In this document: positions 9,783 to 19,964 of the stretch, piece by piece
How the letters are laid out: each line of letters begins with the position of its first letter
Position numbering within the stretch: position 1 is the stretch's first letter
Source: Bacteroidota bacterium
GTDB taxonomy: Bacteria > Bacteroidota > Bacteroidia > AKYH767-A > 2013-40CM-41-45
Reading direction: 5' to 3'
DNA: 64,000 nucleotides
Assembly: GCA_043787975.1 (NCBI GenBank)
Contig: JAYVUK010000032.1
Location: 2,577-66,576, forward strand
The notes under the pieces: model-generated
The model's database searches: none
Seen by the model: the letters and a program-made list of their open reading frames with translations, nothing else
Told to the model about the DNA's origin: nothing
Position numbers and translations under genes: made by a program

Positions 9783-10595
9783 CTAGTCTTTTTCTAGTAG
9801 GTTCTGATATCGTCTTAAAGTTTCGGCATCTGAAATCTTTCTACCTGATTGGTAAAAAACAATTTCTCCGTTTCCCGGCGGTTGGTTTTTCAGGTCATCC
9901 TTTTCAAGAATATTTTTTACATGATTCACGGTTCCTGAATTTCCATCGATGATTTCAGTTCCTTCCGGAAACATTTTTTTTAGAATGGTTTTATAAAAAG
10001 GAAAATGTGTACAGCCCAGCACAACGGTTCCGTAATCTTCAGGATGAATAGTTGAAAAACTCTTCGATAAAACAGGGATAATTTTTTCTTCGTCAAAAAT
10101 AAATTGTTCCGCCAATGTCACGAGTTCGGGCAAGGGAAGCATGTCAACAATTTTTTCATTGTCAACCTTGTCGACCAATTCTTTAAACTTTTGTTCTTTC
10201 AACGTGAGTTGAGTAGCAAGCACCAGTACACGTTTGTTTTTGGAATTTGATACAGCCGGTTTTACAGCCGGCTCCATACCGACAATCGGGAAATCGTATA
10301 GGTTGCGCAATTCGCCTATAGCAATGCTCGTGGCGGTGTTGCAGGCAACCACGAGCATCTTCACTTGCTTGCCGGATAAAAATTTTGCGGCTTCGAGAAC
10401 GAAATTTTTTACTTCCTCTTTGGTTTTAGTTCCATACGGTACATGATCCGTATCTGCATAATAAATATAGTTTTCAAACGGCAAAAATTTTAATGCTTCT
10501 CTCAATACACTTAATCCGCCAATACCGGAATCAAAAATGGCGATCGGATCGGACGAATTGTAATTGGTTTTTGAGATGGCTGACATGCGATTCAA
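9783..10595 (-). CDS. murI: glutamate racemase
   Basis: IAIFDSGIGGLSV, VVACNTAT and GCTHFP motifs. Confidence 0.9.
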   Translation of the reverse strand: MNRMSAISKTNYNSSDPIAIFDSGIGGLSVLREALKFLPFENYIYYADTDHVPYGTKTKEEVKNFVLEAAKFLSGKQVKMLVVACNTATSIAIGELRNLYDFPIVGMEPAVKPAVSNSKNKRVLVLATQLTLKEQKFKELVDKVDNEKIVDMLPLPELVTLAEQFIFDEEKIIPVLSKSFSTIHPEDYGTVVLGCTHFPFYKTILKKMFPEGTEIIDGNSGTVNHVKNILEKDDLKNQPPGNGEIVFYQSGRKISDAETLRRYQNLLEKD

Positions 10596-10656
10596 AAATA
10601 AAAAGGATTGAATATCAGTTTAGAATGGATTCGGGACAAATACAATTTTTAAAATA

Positions 10657-10699
10657 GCCGCAGATTATTATTTCTAAAAAAAATCTGCGAATCTGCGGC
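10657..10699. terminator. hairpin gccgcagatt...aatctgcggc downstream of alpha/beta hydrolase gene (minus strand)
   Basis: Seen directly: 10-bp stem in an AT-rich flank. Confidence 0.4.
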
Positions 10700-10738
10700 A
10701 TATATTTTCCAACTAAAATCTTAAACACAGTCTGAGTC

Positions 10739-11494
10739 TTAAATTTTTTTCAGCCACTTTTCGAGTACATCATTAAACTCGTGAGGTTGTTCCATCATCG
10801 GCGCATGTCCGCATTTGTCAATCCAGAAAAGATCGCTTTTAGGAAGCAAGCGATGAAATTCTTCGGCAACATCGGGCGGAGTAACGGTGTCTTGTTTTCC
10901 CCAGATCAGGCATACAGGAAGTTGCATGTTTTTTAAATCTTCACTCATGTTGTGACGAATCGCAGATTTTGCCAGTGAAAGAATGCGAATCAGTTTTCCT
11001 TTGTCGTTGACGATTCCGAAGCATTCATCCACCAGTTCTTTGGTCGCTGTCTTCGGATCGTAAAACGTGATTTCCACTTTTTGTTTGATGAAATCGTAAT
11101 CTTCCCGTCGTGGAAATGAGCCACCCATGGCATTTTCATACAACCCTGAACTGCCTGTGAGCACCATGGCTTTCACTTTTTCCGGATGATCTTTTACGTA
11201 CACCAAAGCAACGTGTCCGCCCAATGAATTGCCAATGAGAATGATTTCAGAAAAGTTTTTGTATGTAATGAAGTCACTGACAAATTTTGCCAATGCTTTC
11301 ACATTGGTGTTTAAAATCGGCAAGGTGTAAATCGGCATCAGCGGAATTACCACACGGTAGTTTTTTGAAAACCGCTCTACGACATCCACCCAATTACTCA
11401 GCGCACCAAATAAACCGTGCAGCAGCAACAGGACAGGTCCGTTTCCTTCTTCAATAAACTGAAAATTGTCTTCGTGCTTTACCTGGTAGTGCAT
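10739..11494 (-). CDS. alpha/beta fold hydrolase
   Basis: HGxxG oxyanion motif, a GNSLGG nucleophile elbow and a C-terminal His. Confidence 0.85.
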   Translation of the reverse strand: MHYQVKHEDNFQFIEEGNGPVLLLLHGLFGALSNWVDVVERFSKNYRVVIPLMPIYTLPILNTNVKALAKFVSDFITYKNFSEIILIGNSLGGHVALVYVKDHPEKVKAMVLTGSSGLYENAMGGSFPRREDYDFIKQKVEITFYDPKTATKELVDECFGIVNDKGKLIRILSLAKSAIRHNMSEDLKNMQLPVCLIWGKQDTVTPPDVAEEFHRLLPKSDLFWIDKCGHAPMMEQPHEFNDVLEKWLKKI

Positions 11495-11819
11495 AAAAAA
11501 CTTTTCTCAAATATACATGATTCCAATTTGAATAAACAAAAACAATCATGTGTATTCTTTCTGTCCATTTTTTAAAGTAAGAGATTCAGAAAAAACATAC
11601 GTGATTCCATTTCTATTTCAAAAACAAAAAATCACGGATGTTCTTTCAGGCCTTAAAAAATCATAAAAGAGTCTGGAAAAATATACATGATTCCATTTTG
11701 AATTAGCAAAACGTAATCACCCTTCACTTTTTTTCTACTACTCTTTTGTAAAACAATTTAAGGAAGCTCTGAAAAATTATTCCCGGTGAAATCGTGCTGA
11801 AAAAAAGTTTTCAACAAAA

Positions 11820-11844
11820 GTGGTAAAAAGTGGTAGGAAGTGGT
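11820..11844 (+). promoter_or_regulatory. MraZ operator: three GTGGT direct repeats at exact 10-bp periodicity (11820, 11830, 11840)
   Basis: Seen directly: GTGGTaaaaaGTGGTaggaaGTGGTag, about 40 bp upstream of the mraZ start. In E. coli the MraZ site is three GTGGG/GTGTG repeats with 5-nt spacers. Confidence 0.7.
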
Positions 11845-11886
11845 AGAAATTGTTTTACATTAGCGGCTGCAAAAAAAACCTCGATC

Positions 11887-12351
11887 GTGGCTTTTATCGG
11901 TGAGTTCCCAAGTACAGTTGATTCAAAAGGTCGCTTCCTTCTTCCGGCAGGTTTGAAAAAGCAAATTCCGGCAAAAGAGCAGTCGATGTTTGTTGTGCAT
12001 CGTGGTATCGAAAAGCACCTGGTGGTTTACACGAAAAAGGAATGGGAAAAAAACAGCGAAGGAGTGAACAGCCTCAACTTATTCGTGGAAGAAAACCGTG
12101 AGTTCATCCGGCAATATCATCGCGGAGCAACCGTGATGGAGTTAGACAACACGAATCGTTTACTGGTGCCACAGCAATTGCTGGATTACGCAGGAATTGA
12201 TAAAGACATTGTGTTGTACACGTATGCAAATCGCATTGAAGTATGGTCGCAAAAGGAATTTGATAAGATGTTTAAGAGCGACAAAATCAATTATTCGAAA
12301 CTGGCTGAAAAGGTGATGGGCAAGAAAAAGGATAAGGACGATGTATCATGA
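11887..12351 (+). CDS. mraZ: transcriptional regulator MraZ
   Basis: Duplicated MraZ domains with DxKGR motifs. A GTG start at 11887 is preferred over the ORF-track start at 11830, which would begin inside the operator repeats. Confidence 0.85.
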   Translation: MAFIGEFPSTVDSKGRFLLPAGLKKQIPAKEQSMFVVHRGIEKHLVVYTKKEWEKNSEGVNSLNLFVEENREFIRQYHRGATVMELDNTNRLLVPQQLLDYAGIDKDIVLYTYANRIEVWSQKEFDKMFKSDKINYSKLAEKVMGKKKDKDDVS

Positions 12352-13240
12352 ACCGGTTCTTCTCCATGAAAGCATTGAAGGACTCAACCTTTCAGCAGGA
12401 GGAATTTATGTGGATGCAACATTCGGTGGAGGAGGACATTCAAAAGAGTTATTGAAACAAGTAGGAACAAACGGAAAATTATTTGCATTCGACCAGGATG
12501 CAGATGCAACGAAAAACACAATCACTGACAAGCGCTTCATGCTGATCGGACACAACTTCAGGTTCATTAAAAGATTTTTAAAATACTACGATACGATGCC
12601 TGTTAATGGGTTGATCGCTGATCTTGGAATTTCATCTCACCAGATCAATGTTCCTGAACGAGGCTTCTCCATTCGTTTTGACGCGGAATTGGATATGCGT
12701 ATGAGTAAAGAGACAGAACTGACTGCAGCAGGAATCATCAATGAATACAGTGAGGAACGACTTGTTCAATTGTTTTCCGACTACGGTGAGGTAAGAAATG
12801 CACGCACGCTGGCTAAGAAAATTGTTGAAGCAAGAAAGCAGAAACAAATTAAAACAATCAATGAATTCAAGTCGGCCGTTGAAAGTTGTGCTGATCGCGG
12901 AGCAGAGAATCAATACTTCGCACGGGTATTCCAGGCTTTGCGCATTGAGGTGAATGATGAATTAGGAGCATTGAAAGAATTGTTGATGCAATGTCCTGAC
13001 GTGATTGAAAAAGGCGGGAGACTGGTTGTGATTTCGTATCACTCGCTGGAGGACCGGTTGGTAAAGAATTTTATCGCGAAAGGAAAATTTGAAGGCGAAG
13101 TGGAAAAGGACCTGTATGGAAATTCTGCAGGAGTTCCTTTTAAGCCGGTAAACAAAAAACCGATTCTTCCTTCAGAAGAAGAACTGAAACAAAACCCGAG
13201 AGCACGAAGTGCAAAGTTGAGAATTGCTGAACGCATCTGA
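12341..13240 (+). CDS. rsmH: 16S rRNA (cytosine1402-N4)-methyltransferase
   Basis: RsmH/MraW family. Motifs: DATFGGGGHS and GLIADLGISSHQ. Confidence 0.92.
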   Translation: MYHEPVLLHESIEGLNLSAGGIYVDATFGGGGHSKELLKQVGTNGKLFAFDQDADATKNTITDKRFMLIGHNFRFIKRFLKYYDTMPVNGLIADLGISSHQINVPERGFSIRFDAELDMRMSKETELTAAGIINEYSEERLVQLFSDYGEVRNARTLAKKIVEARKQKQIKTINEFKSAVESCADRGAENQYFARVFQALRIEVNDELGALKELLMQCPDVIEKGGRLVVISYHSLEDRLVKNFIAKGKFEGEVEKDLYGNSAGVPFKPVNKKPILPSEEELKQNPRARSAKLRIAERI

Positions 13241-13242
13241 TC

Positions 13243-13647
13243 ATGGCTGAGAATAAAATCAGGGAACAGGAACCCGAACAACAGGAAGAAGAACCGGTAA
13301 AGAAAAAACGTCCATCGAAACAGGCAAGAAATTTTATCCGCTTCATGGGAATCTTCGGTGTATTTGACCGCAACCAGATTGTGCATGCGATGCCGTTCAT
13401 TCTTTTCATCACCACGCTGGTCATGTTTTACATCGGTAACAGTTACAACTCAGAAAGTACGATTCGCAAGATTGATAAAATCAAAATTGAACTGAATGAA
13501 AAACGGGCTGAATATATTTCTACCGAATCGGATGTGATGTTCAAAAGCAAGCCGTCTGAAGTTGCAAAGGCGGTGGAACCGATGCAAATCAAAGAACCAC
13601 TCGAACCGCCAAAGAGAATTATCGTTCGACAGGAAAGAAAGAAATAA
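13243..13647 (+). CDS. ftsL: cell division protein FtsL-like (small bitopic membrane protein)
   Basis: Lies between rsmH and ftsI. It has a single transmembrane segment and a coiled-coil region. Confidence 0.6.
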   Translation: MAENKIREQEPEQQEEEPVKKKRPSKQARNFIRFMGIFGVFDRNQIVHAMPFILFITTLVMFYIGNSYNSESTIRKIDKIKIELNEKRAEYISTESDVMFKSKPSEVAKAVEPMQIKEPLEPPKRIIVRQERKK

Positions 13648-13712
13648 GTACGATTCATTGACAGGCGAAATTAGTTGAGGGAGTAAATTTTACAACAACA
13701 CAAAACACAAAA

Positions 13713-15815
13713 ATGGAAGTAAAGAAAGATATGATGTGGAGGATTTATACCGTCTTCCTCTTTATCTGCCTTTTCGGGATTGCAATCGTTGTTCAGATTT
13801 TCAGAATTCAGTTTGTGCAGGGAGATTACTGGAAAGAAAAAGCCGACAGTTTGACGACTGCTTATAAAACCATTGAAGCTTCTCGAGGAAATATTTTTTC
13901 GGATGACGGAAGCATGCTTGCTACTTCGGTTCCGATTTATGATGTGAGAATGGATCTGATGGCAGACGGTTTAACGAACGATCTGTTTGATGAAAGCATT
14001 GATTCACTTGCATTTTGTCTCGCTAATTTATTTAACGACCGTTCGAAATTAGAATACAAGCGCGATCTGCGTGAAGCGCGTTCAGGCGGTGACCGCTATC
14101 ATCTCATTCAACGTAACGTTCATTTTCCTGAATTACAAAAACTCAAAAAGTTTCCGCTCTTCCGTCTTGGCAGATACACAGGAGGAATGCTGGTCGAGCG
14201 TAGGAACGTGCGGGAACTTCCATTTAAAATTCTTGCAGCACGTACCATTGGTTATGAACGTGAAGTAAAACCGGTTGGTATAGAAGCTTCATTCAACAAA
14301 CAACTTCAGGGAGTCAGTGGACAGCGACTCATGCAAAAGATTTCGGGTGGTATCTGGATTCCTATCAATGATAAAGATGAAATAGAACCGAAGGATGGCA
14401 ACGATCTCGTCACAACGATTGATGTAAACATCCAGGATGTTGCCGAACATGCGCTCGAAGAACATTTGCGCAAACACAATGCTGATCACGGTTGTGCCGT
14501 ACTCATGGAAGTGGCAACCGGAGAAATAAAAGCAATCGCCAATCTTTCCAGGACAGCGGATGGAAATTATAGTGAAGATTTTAATTATGTGATAGCAGAA
14601 GCAACGGAGCCCGGTTCCACCATGAAGATGGCATCGCTGCTTGCCGCCATGGATGACGGCTTGGTGGATCCGACGGATTCTGTTTTTGTCGGCAACGGCC
14701 AGTACTACAATTTCACGTTGCTGATGAAAGATGCGCATCCTCCGAAAAGAAGTCGGCTTTCAATTGCAGAAGCATTTGAAGCTTCTTCGAATGTGGGAAT
14801 ATCAAAAGCGATTTATCAAGCCTACAATAAACATCAACAGGATTTTATTGATCACCTCAAAAAATTCAGTCTCGATGATCCGCTTCACTTGCAAATTGCA
14901 GGAGAAGGAGAGCCGCGTATCAAGGATGTAAAAGACAAAGACTGGTGGGCCGGTTCATTGCCTCAGATATCAATCGGGTATGAAGTCAGATTGACTCCTC
15001 TTCAGATACTCACTTTTTACAATGCGATTGCAAACAACGGAAGAATGGTGAGACCGAAGTTTGTTCGTGAGGAACAATACCACGGCAAAACAATCAGAAC
15101 ATTTCCAACGGAAATTATCAAAGATTCGATCGCATCTCTGACGGCCATCGCAAAAGCAAAAAAGCTTTTGGAAGGTGTAGTGGAAAAGGGGACGGCTTCT
15201 TCGCTGAATAAATCGTGTTACAAAATTGCAGGTAAAACCGGAACAGCACAAATGTTCGCCAACAAATACGGTTACGACAAAGGCCATATGACATACCAGG
15301 CATCGTTCGTTGGATATTTTCCTGCTGATCGTCCAAAATACTCATGCATGGTTGTCGTATATGCACCTTCTAACGATGTGTACTACGGAGGAGCGGTGTC
15401 AGCTCCCGTGTTCAAAGAAATTGCGGACAAGGTGTATTCCAATCAAATGGAAATGCACGATACACTTCCAACCAACGATTCACTTGTGAAGAGTTTGCCG
15501 CTTGCAAAAGCAGGTTCACAGAAGGAATTGAAAAAAGTATTCGCGCAGTTGAATGTCGCTACAAGTTCTTCAAACACGGATGCAGAGTGGGTTTCAAGTG
15601 CGTTCATGAATAACTCAATTCAGTTTTCAGAACGAAAAGTAAAATCAGGCCTTGTTCCGAATGTCGCCGGAATGGGAGCAAAAGATGCGTTGAGTATTCT
15701 CGAAAATGCAGGACTTCGTGTAAAGATAATTGGAAAGGGAGTTGTGTCGCGTCAATCCATTGAAGCAGGAACGCGTATTCAGAAAGGGCAGCAAATAATT
15801 ATTGAGTTAAGTTAA
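13713..15815 (+). CDS. ftsI: peptidoglycan D,D-transpeptidase FtsI (PBP3)
   Basis: PBP dimerisation and transpeptidase domains with STMK, SSN and KTGT motifs. Confidence 0.92.
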   Translation: MEVKKDMMWRIYTVFLFICLFGIAIVVQIFRIQFVQGDYWKEKADSLTTAYKTIEASRGNIFSDDGSMLATSVPIYDVRMDLMADGLTNDLFDESIDSLAFCLANLFNDRSKLEYKRDLREARSGGDRYHLIQRNVHFPELQKLKKFPLFRLGRYTGGMLVERRNVRELPFKILAARTIGYEREVKPVGIEASFNKQLQGVSGQRLMQKISGGIWIPINDKDEIEPKDGNDLVTTIDVNIQDVAEHALEEHLRKHNADHGCAVLMEVATGEIKAIANLSRTADGNYSEDFNYVIAEATEPGSTMKMASLLAAMDDGLVDPTDSVFVGNGQYYNFTLLMKDAHPPKRSRLSIAEAFEASSNVGISKAIYQAYNKHQQDFIDHLKKFSLDDPLHLQIAGEGEPRIKDVKDKDWWAGSLPQISIGYEVRLTPLQILTFYNAIANNGRMVRPKFVREEQYHGKTIRTFPTEIIKDSIASLTAIAKAKKLLEGVVEKGTASSLNKSCYKIAGKTGTAQMFANKYGYDKGHMTYQASFVGYFPADRPKYSCMVVVYAPSNDVYYGGAVSAPVFKEIADKVYSNQMEMHDTLPTNDSLVKSLPLAKAGSQKELKKVFAQLNVATSSSNTDAEWVSSAFMNNSIQFSERKVKSGLVPNVAGMGAKDALSILENAGLRVKIIGKGVVSRQSIEAGTRIQKGQQIIIELS

Positions 15816-15820
15816 GTTAA

Positions 15821-17281
15821 ATGCGAATTTTAAAAGACATCATTTACAAAACCGGGATCCTTGATGTATCAGGCGCTACTGATATTTCAATTGCTGATAT
15901 CTGTTTTGACTCGCGCAAAGCAAAAGAAGCAAGTCTTTTTGTTGCGGTAAGAGGAACGCAGGCGGATGGTCATCAATACATCAATTCAGTAATTGAGCAA
16001 GGTGCAGTTGCCATTGTATGTGAACAGCTTCCAAAAATTTTAGCAGAAGGCATCACCTATATACGAGTGAGTGACAGTGCGTCAGCGCTTGCCCATATCG
16101 CTTCCAACTTTTACGGAAATCCGTCTGAGAAATTAAAGCTAGTAGGAATTACAGGAACCAACGGAAAGACAACGACAGCAACACTTTTATATCACCTCTT
16201 CAGATCACTCGGTTATGGTGTTGGATTATTATCAACCGTAAAGAATTTAGTCAATGACCAGGTGATTCCTGCGACGCATACAACTCCTGATCCGATTCAG
16301 TTGAATGCGCTCCTTTCCGCGATGGTGGATGAAGAATGCACACATTGTTTTATGGAAGTCAGCTCTCATGCAGTGATTCAGAAACGGATTGCAGGATTAA
16401 AATTTGCAGGAGGAATTTTCACCAACATCACGCACGACCATCTTGATTATCACAAGACGTTTGCCGAATATGTAAAAGCAAAGAAATCTTTTTTCGATTC
16501 GCTTTCAAGTGATGCATTTGCGCTGACAAATCCCGATGATAAAAACGGGAACGTGATGTTGCAAAACACCAAGGCAAAGAAATACTCCTACAGTTTGCAT
16601 TCCATGAGTGATTACAAATGCAAGCTGATCGAAAATCATTTTTCAGGATTGATTCTGAACCTCGATGGTCATGAAGTGCATTGCAAGCTCGTGGGAAGTT
16701 TCAACGCTTACAACCTCACGGCTGCGTATTCAACCGCAGTTTTGCTCGGAGAAAATAAAATGAATGTGCTTACCGAATTGAGTCGTCTCAATTCAGTGGA
16801 AGGTCGCTTTGATTATGTCTCCTCAACAAAGAAAATTATTGGAGTGGTTGATTATGCACACACGCCGGATGCGTTGCAAAATGTATTGGCAACCATACAC
16901 GATGTGAGTTCAGGACACGGACGCGTGATCACCATTGTTGGTTGCGGCGGTGACCGCGATTCAAGCAAGCGGCCGGTGATGGCAAAAATTGCCTGCGATC
17001 TCAGCGATAAAGTAATTCTCACGTCTGACAATCCGCGTTCGGAGGATCCGTCTGAAATTATTCATGAGATGGAAAAAGGAATCGGTCCCGGAGAAGTCAT
17101 GAAAACAATTTCCATCGTTGACCGGAAAGAGGCCATCAAAGCGGCTGTGCAGCTTGCGATGCCGGGCGACATCATTCTGGTTGCCGGGAAAGGCCATGAA
17201 AAATACCAGGAAATAAAAGGAGTACGAACACCTTTTGACGATAAAAAAATTTTACAGGAAATGTTTAAAAATATAGAGTAG
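15821..17281 (+). CDS. murE: UDP-N-acetylmuramoyl-L-alanyl-D-glutamate--2,6-diaminopimelate ligase
   Basis: Mur ligase with [11 protein letters not shown] and a DNPR motif. Confidence 0.92.
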   Translation: MRILKDIIYKTGILDVSGATDISIADICFDSRKAKEASLFVAVRGTQADGHQYINSVIEQGAVAIVCEQLPKILAEGITYIRVSDSASALAHIASNFYGNPSEKLKLVGITGTNGKTTTATLLYHLFRSLGYGVGLLSTVKNLVNDQVIPATHTTPDPIQLNALLSAMVDEECTHCFMEVSSHAVIQKRIAGLKFAGGIFTNITHDHLDYHKTFAEYVKAKKSFFDSLSSDAFALTNPDDKNGNVMLQNTKAKKYSYSLHSMSDYKCKLIENHFSGLILNLDGHEVHCKLVGSFNAYNLTAAYSTAVLLGENKMNVLTELSRLNSVEGRFDYVSSTKKIIGVVDYAHTPDALQNVLATIHDVSSGHGRVITIVGCGGDRDSSKRPVMAKIACDLSDKVILTSDNPRSEDPSEIIHEMEKGIGPGEVMKTISIVDRKEAIKAAVQLAMPGDIILVAGKGHEKYQEIKGVRTPFDDKKILQEMFKNIE

Positions 17282-17283
17282 CG

Positions 17284-18558
17284 ATGTTGTATTACCTGTT
17301 CATGTATTTGAAAAAGCAATTTGATTTCCCCGGGGCAGGAGTGTTCCAGTACATTTCATTTCGTGCTGCATGTGCAATTATTTTATCGCTGCTTATCTCG
17401 ATGGTGTTTGGAGGAAAAATTATTAAGCATCTCAGGAAGAAACAAATCGGTGAGACCGTTCGCGATCTTGGATTGGAAGGAGAGAAAACAAAACAGGGAA
17501 CTCCGACCATGGGTGGCTTTATTATTCTTTCAGGCATTTTGATTCCGACTCTTTTGTTTGCACGACTACTAAATGTGTATGTCATCATCATGATTGTAAC
17601 TACCGTCTGGCTTGGCCTGATCGGTTTCATTGATGATTACATAAAAGTATTTAAGAAAGACAAAGCAGGATTGGCTGGCAAGTTTAAAATTCTCGGACAA
17701 GTCGGGTTGGGATTGATTATCGGCTGCACACTTTATTTCAATCCGAATGTGGTGACGCGGGAGAAAATGTCTTCCTCCGAAGAATTAAAAGTGTCACGCG
17801 AAACAAAAAATGTTGTTGATGACATGCAGAAGAATGCAAACTATTTATTTTCTCCGGAAAATGTCAAGTCAACAAAAACGACTATTCCGTTTTATAAAAA
17901 CAATGAGTTTGATTATGCATGGCTGGTTTCCTGGATGGGTGATGGCTATCAAAAATATGCATGGATCATTTTTATTCCGTTTGTCATTTTCTTCATCACG
18001 GCTATTTCCAACGGTGCAAACATCACGGATGGAATTGACGGGTTGGCAACCGGAACATCTGCTATCATAGGAGCTACGCTTGGAGTTCTCGCTTATGTTT
18101 CCGGCAATGTGGTGTTTGCAAATTATCTCAACATCATGTACATCCCGAATGCCGGTGAACTGGTAATCTTCATTGCAGCTTTTGTGGGAGCGTGTGTCGG
18201 ATTCCTATGGTACAATGCTTACCCGGCACAGGTATTCATGGGTGATACAGGAAGTCTTGCATTGGGAGGAATCATTGCAACGTTCGCGATTGCGATCCGG
18301 AAAGAATTGCTGATACCGATTCTCTGCGGAATATTTATCGTAGAGAACTTATCGGTTGTTCTCCAGGTCAGCTATTTCAAATATCAAAAAAGAAAACGCG
18401 GGATTGAATATGCACGCGAGCATCGCCTGTTCAGGATGTCACCCTTGCATCATCATTTTCAGAAGAAAGGTTACCATGAATCGAAAATTGTAACTCGGTT
18501 TCTCATTGTCGGAATCATGCTGGCCATTGTCACATTCGTAACATTGAAACTAAGGTAA
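17284..18558 (+). CDS. mraY: phospho-N-acetylmuramoyl-pentapeptide transferase (with Bacteroidota-type insertion)
   Basis: MraY family motifs: [13 protein letters not shown] and [11 protein letters not shown]. Confidence 0.92.
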   Translation: MLYYLFMYLKKQFDFPGAGVFQYISFRAACAIILSLLISMVFGGKIIKHLRKKQIGETVRDLGLEGEKTKQGTPTMGGFIILSGILIPTLLFARLLNVYVIIMIVTTVWLGLIGFIDDYIKVFKKDKAGLAGKFKILGQVGLGLIIGCTLYFNPNVVTREKMSSSEELKVSRETKNVVDDMQKNANYLFSPENVKSTKTTIPFYKNNEFDYAWLVSWMGDGYQKYAWIIFIPFVIFFITAISNGANITDGIDGLATGTSAIIGATLGVLAYVSGNVVFANYLNIMYIPNAGELVIFIAAFVGACVGFLWYNAYPAQVFMGDTGSLALGGIIATFAIAIRKELLIPILCGIFIVENLSVVLQVSYFKYQKRKRGIEYAREHRLFRMSPLHHHFQKKGYHESKIVTRFLIVGIMLAIVTFVTLKLR

Positions 18559-19895
18559 TGGGCAAGCGAATGGTGATACTCGGTGCCGCGGAAAGCGGAG
18601 TTGGCGCAGCAGTGCTTGCTGAGAAAAAAGGATTTGATGTATTCGTGTCCGACAAAGGAAAGATTGAAGAAAAATACAAACGGTTGTTGCAGAAACATGC
18701 AATACCATTTGAAGAAGAACAACACACGGAAGAAAAAATATTGAATGCGGATGAAGTGATTAAGAGTCCGGGCATTCCTGATAAGGCAGCGATCGTTCAA
18801 AAAATAAAATCGAAAAATATTCCGGTCATCTCTGAAATTGAATTTGCAGGAAGATTTACAAAAGCAAAGATGATCGGCATTACAGGAACCAATGGCAAGA
18901 CGACAACCACGATGCTTACGCATCATATTTTAGAAAAGGCGGGATTGAATGTCGGGCTGGCAGGAAATATCGGGAAGAGTCTTGCCTTACAGGTTGCGCA
19001 GCATGATCACGATTATTATGTCATTGAGTTGAGCAGTTTCCAGCTTGATGACATGCGCGAATTTAAATGTGACATCGCCATTCTTACCAACATCACTCCT
19101 GATCATCTCGACCGGTACGATGATGACCTGGAAAAATATGCGCTTTCAAAATTCCGCATCACACAAAATCAAACGGATGAAGACACATTTATCTATTGTG
19201 CCGATGACGAAATTACGAATCAATACATACACGACATAAAGCTTAATGCACAACAACTTCCTTTCTCCATAAAAAAAAAACTCGAGAAAGGATCCTGGCT
19301 TGAAGAAGATCAAATCAATATACAAACCAACATAAACCACTACACAATGAACATACACGAATTGGCATTACAAGGGAAACACAATCTCTACAACTCAATG
19401 GCGGCAGGCATTGCAGCACGCGTACTCGATTTGAGAAAAGAAATTGTGAGAGAAAGTCTTTCTGATTTCAGAAGCATCGAACATCGCCTGGAACATGTTT
19501 CCATCGTTCACGGAATTGAGTTCGTGAACGACTCCAAAGCAACCAACATCAATTCAACCTGGTATGCGCTGGAGAGTTTCAACAAACCCGTTGTCCTTAT
19601 TCTCGGCGGCGTTGACAAAGGAAATGATTATACGATGCTTCAGGATTTAGTGAAAGAAAAAGTAAAAGCCATTGTTTGCCTGGGTAAAGACAACCGGAAA
19701 ATTATCAAAGCGTTCAAAGGAACGGTGGATACAATTGTTGAAGTGCTGTCAGCCGATGAAGCGGTAAAAGCAGGTTATCGTCTCGGCAAGAGCGGTGATG
19801 TAGTGCTGCTTTCACCTGCATGTGCAAGTTTTGATTTGTTCGAGAATTACGAAGATCGCGGACGACAATTTAAGAAAGCAGTAAAAGCATTGTAA
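18558..19895 (+). CDS. murD: UDP-N-acetylmuramoylalanine--D-glutamate ligase
   Basis: Mur ligase with [18 protein letters not shown] junction overlaps the mraY stop. Confidence 0.92.
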   Translation: MGKRMVILGAAESGVGAAVLAEKKGFDVFVSDKGKIEEKYKRLLQKHAIPFEEEQHTEEKILNADEVIKSPGIPDKAAIVQKIKSKNIPVISEIEFAGRFTKAKMIGITGTNGKTTTTMLTHHILEKAGLNVGLAGNIGKSLALQVAQHDHDYYVIELSSFQLDDMREFKCDIAILTNITPDHLDRYDDDLEKYALSKFRITQNQTDEDTFIYCADDEITNQYIHDIKLNAQQLPFSIKKKLEKGSWLEEDQINIQTNINHYTMNIHELALQGKHNLYNSMAAGIAARVLDLRKEIVRESLSDFRSIEHRLEHVSIVHGIEFVNDSKATNINSTWYALESFNKPVVLILGGVDKGNDYTMLQDLVKEKVKAIVCLGKDNRKIIKAFKGTVDTIVEVLSADEAVKAGYRLGKSGDVVLLSPACASFDLFENYEDRGRQFKKAVKAL

Positions 19896-19904
19896 TTGTT
19901 TCCA

Positions 19905-19962
19905 GTTTACGGTTTACGAGTTGCTCGTAAACTGTAAACCAGAAACCGTAAACCAGAAACCG
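19905..19962. repeat. GTTTAC/GTAAAC palindrome (16-bp arms, 1 mismatch) followed by cagaaaccg x2 direct repeat; murD-ftsW intergenic
   Basis: Seen directly. It belongs to the dispersed GTAAAC repeat family also found at 22237-22270, 43802-43848 and 58431-58476. Confidence 0.6.
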
Positions 19963-19964
19963 AT

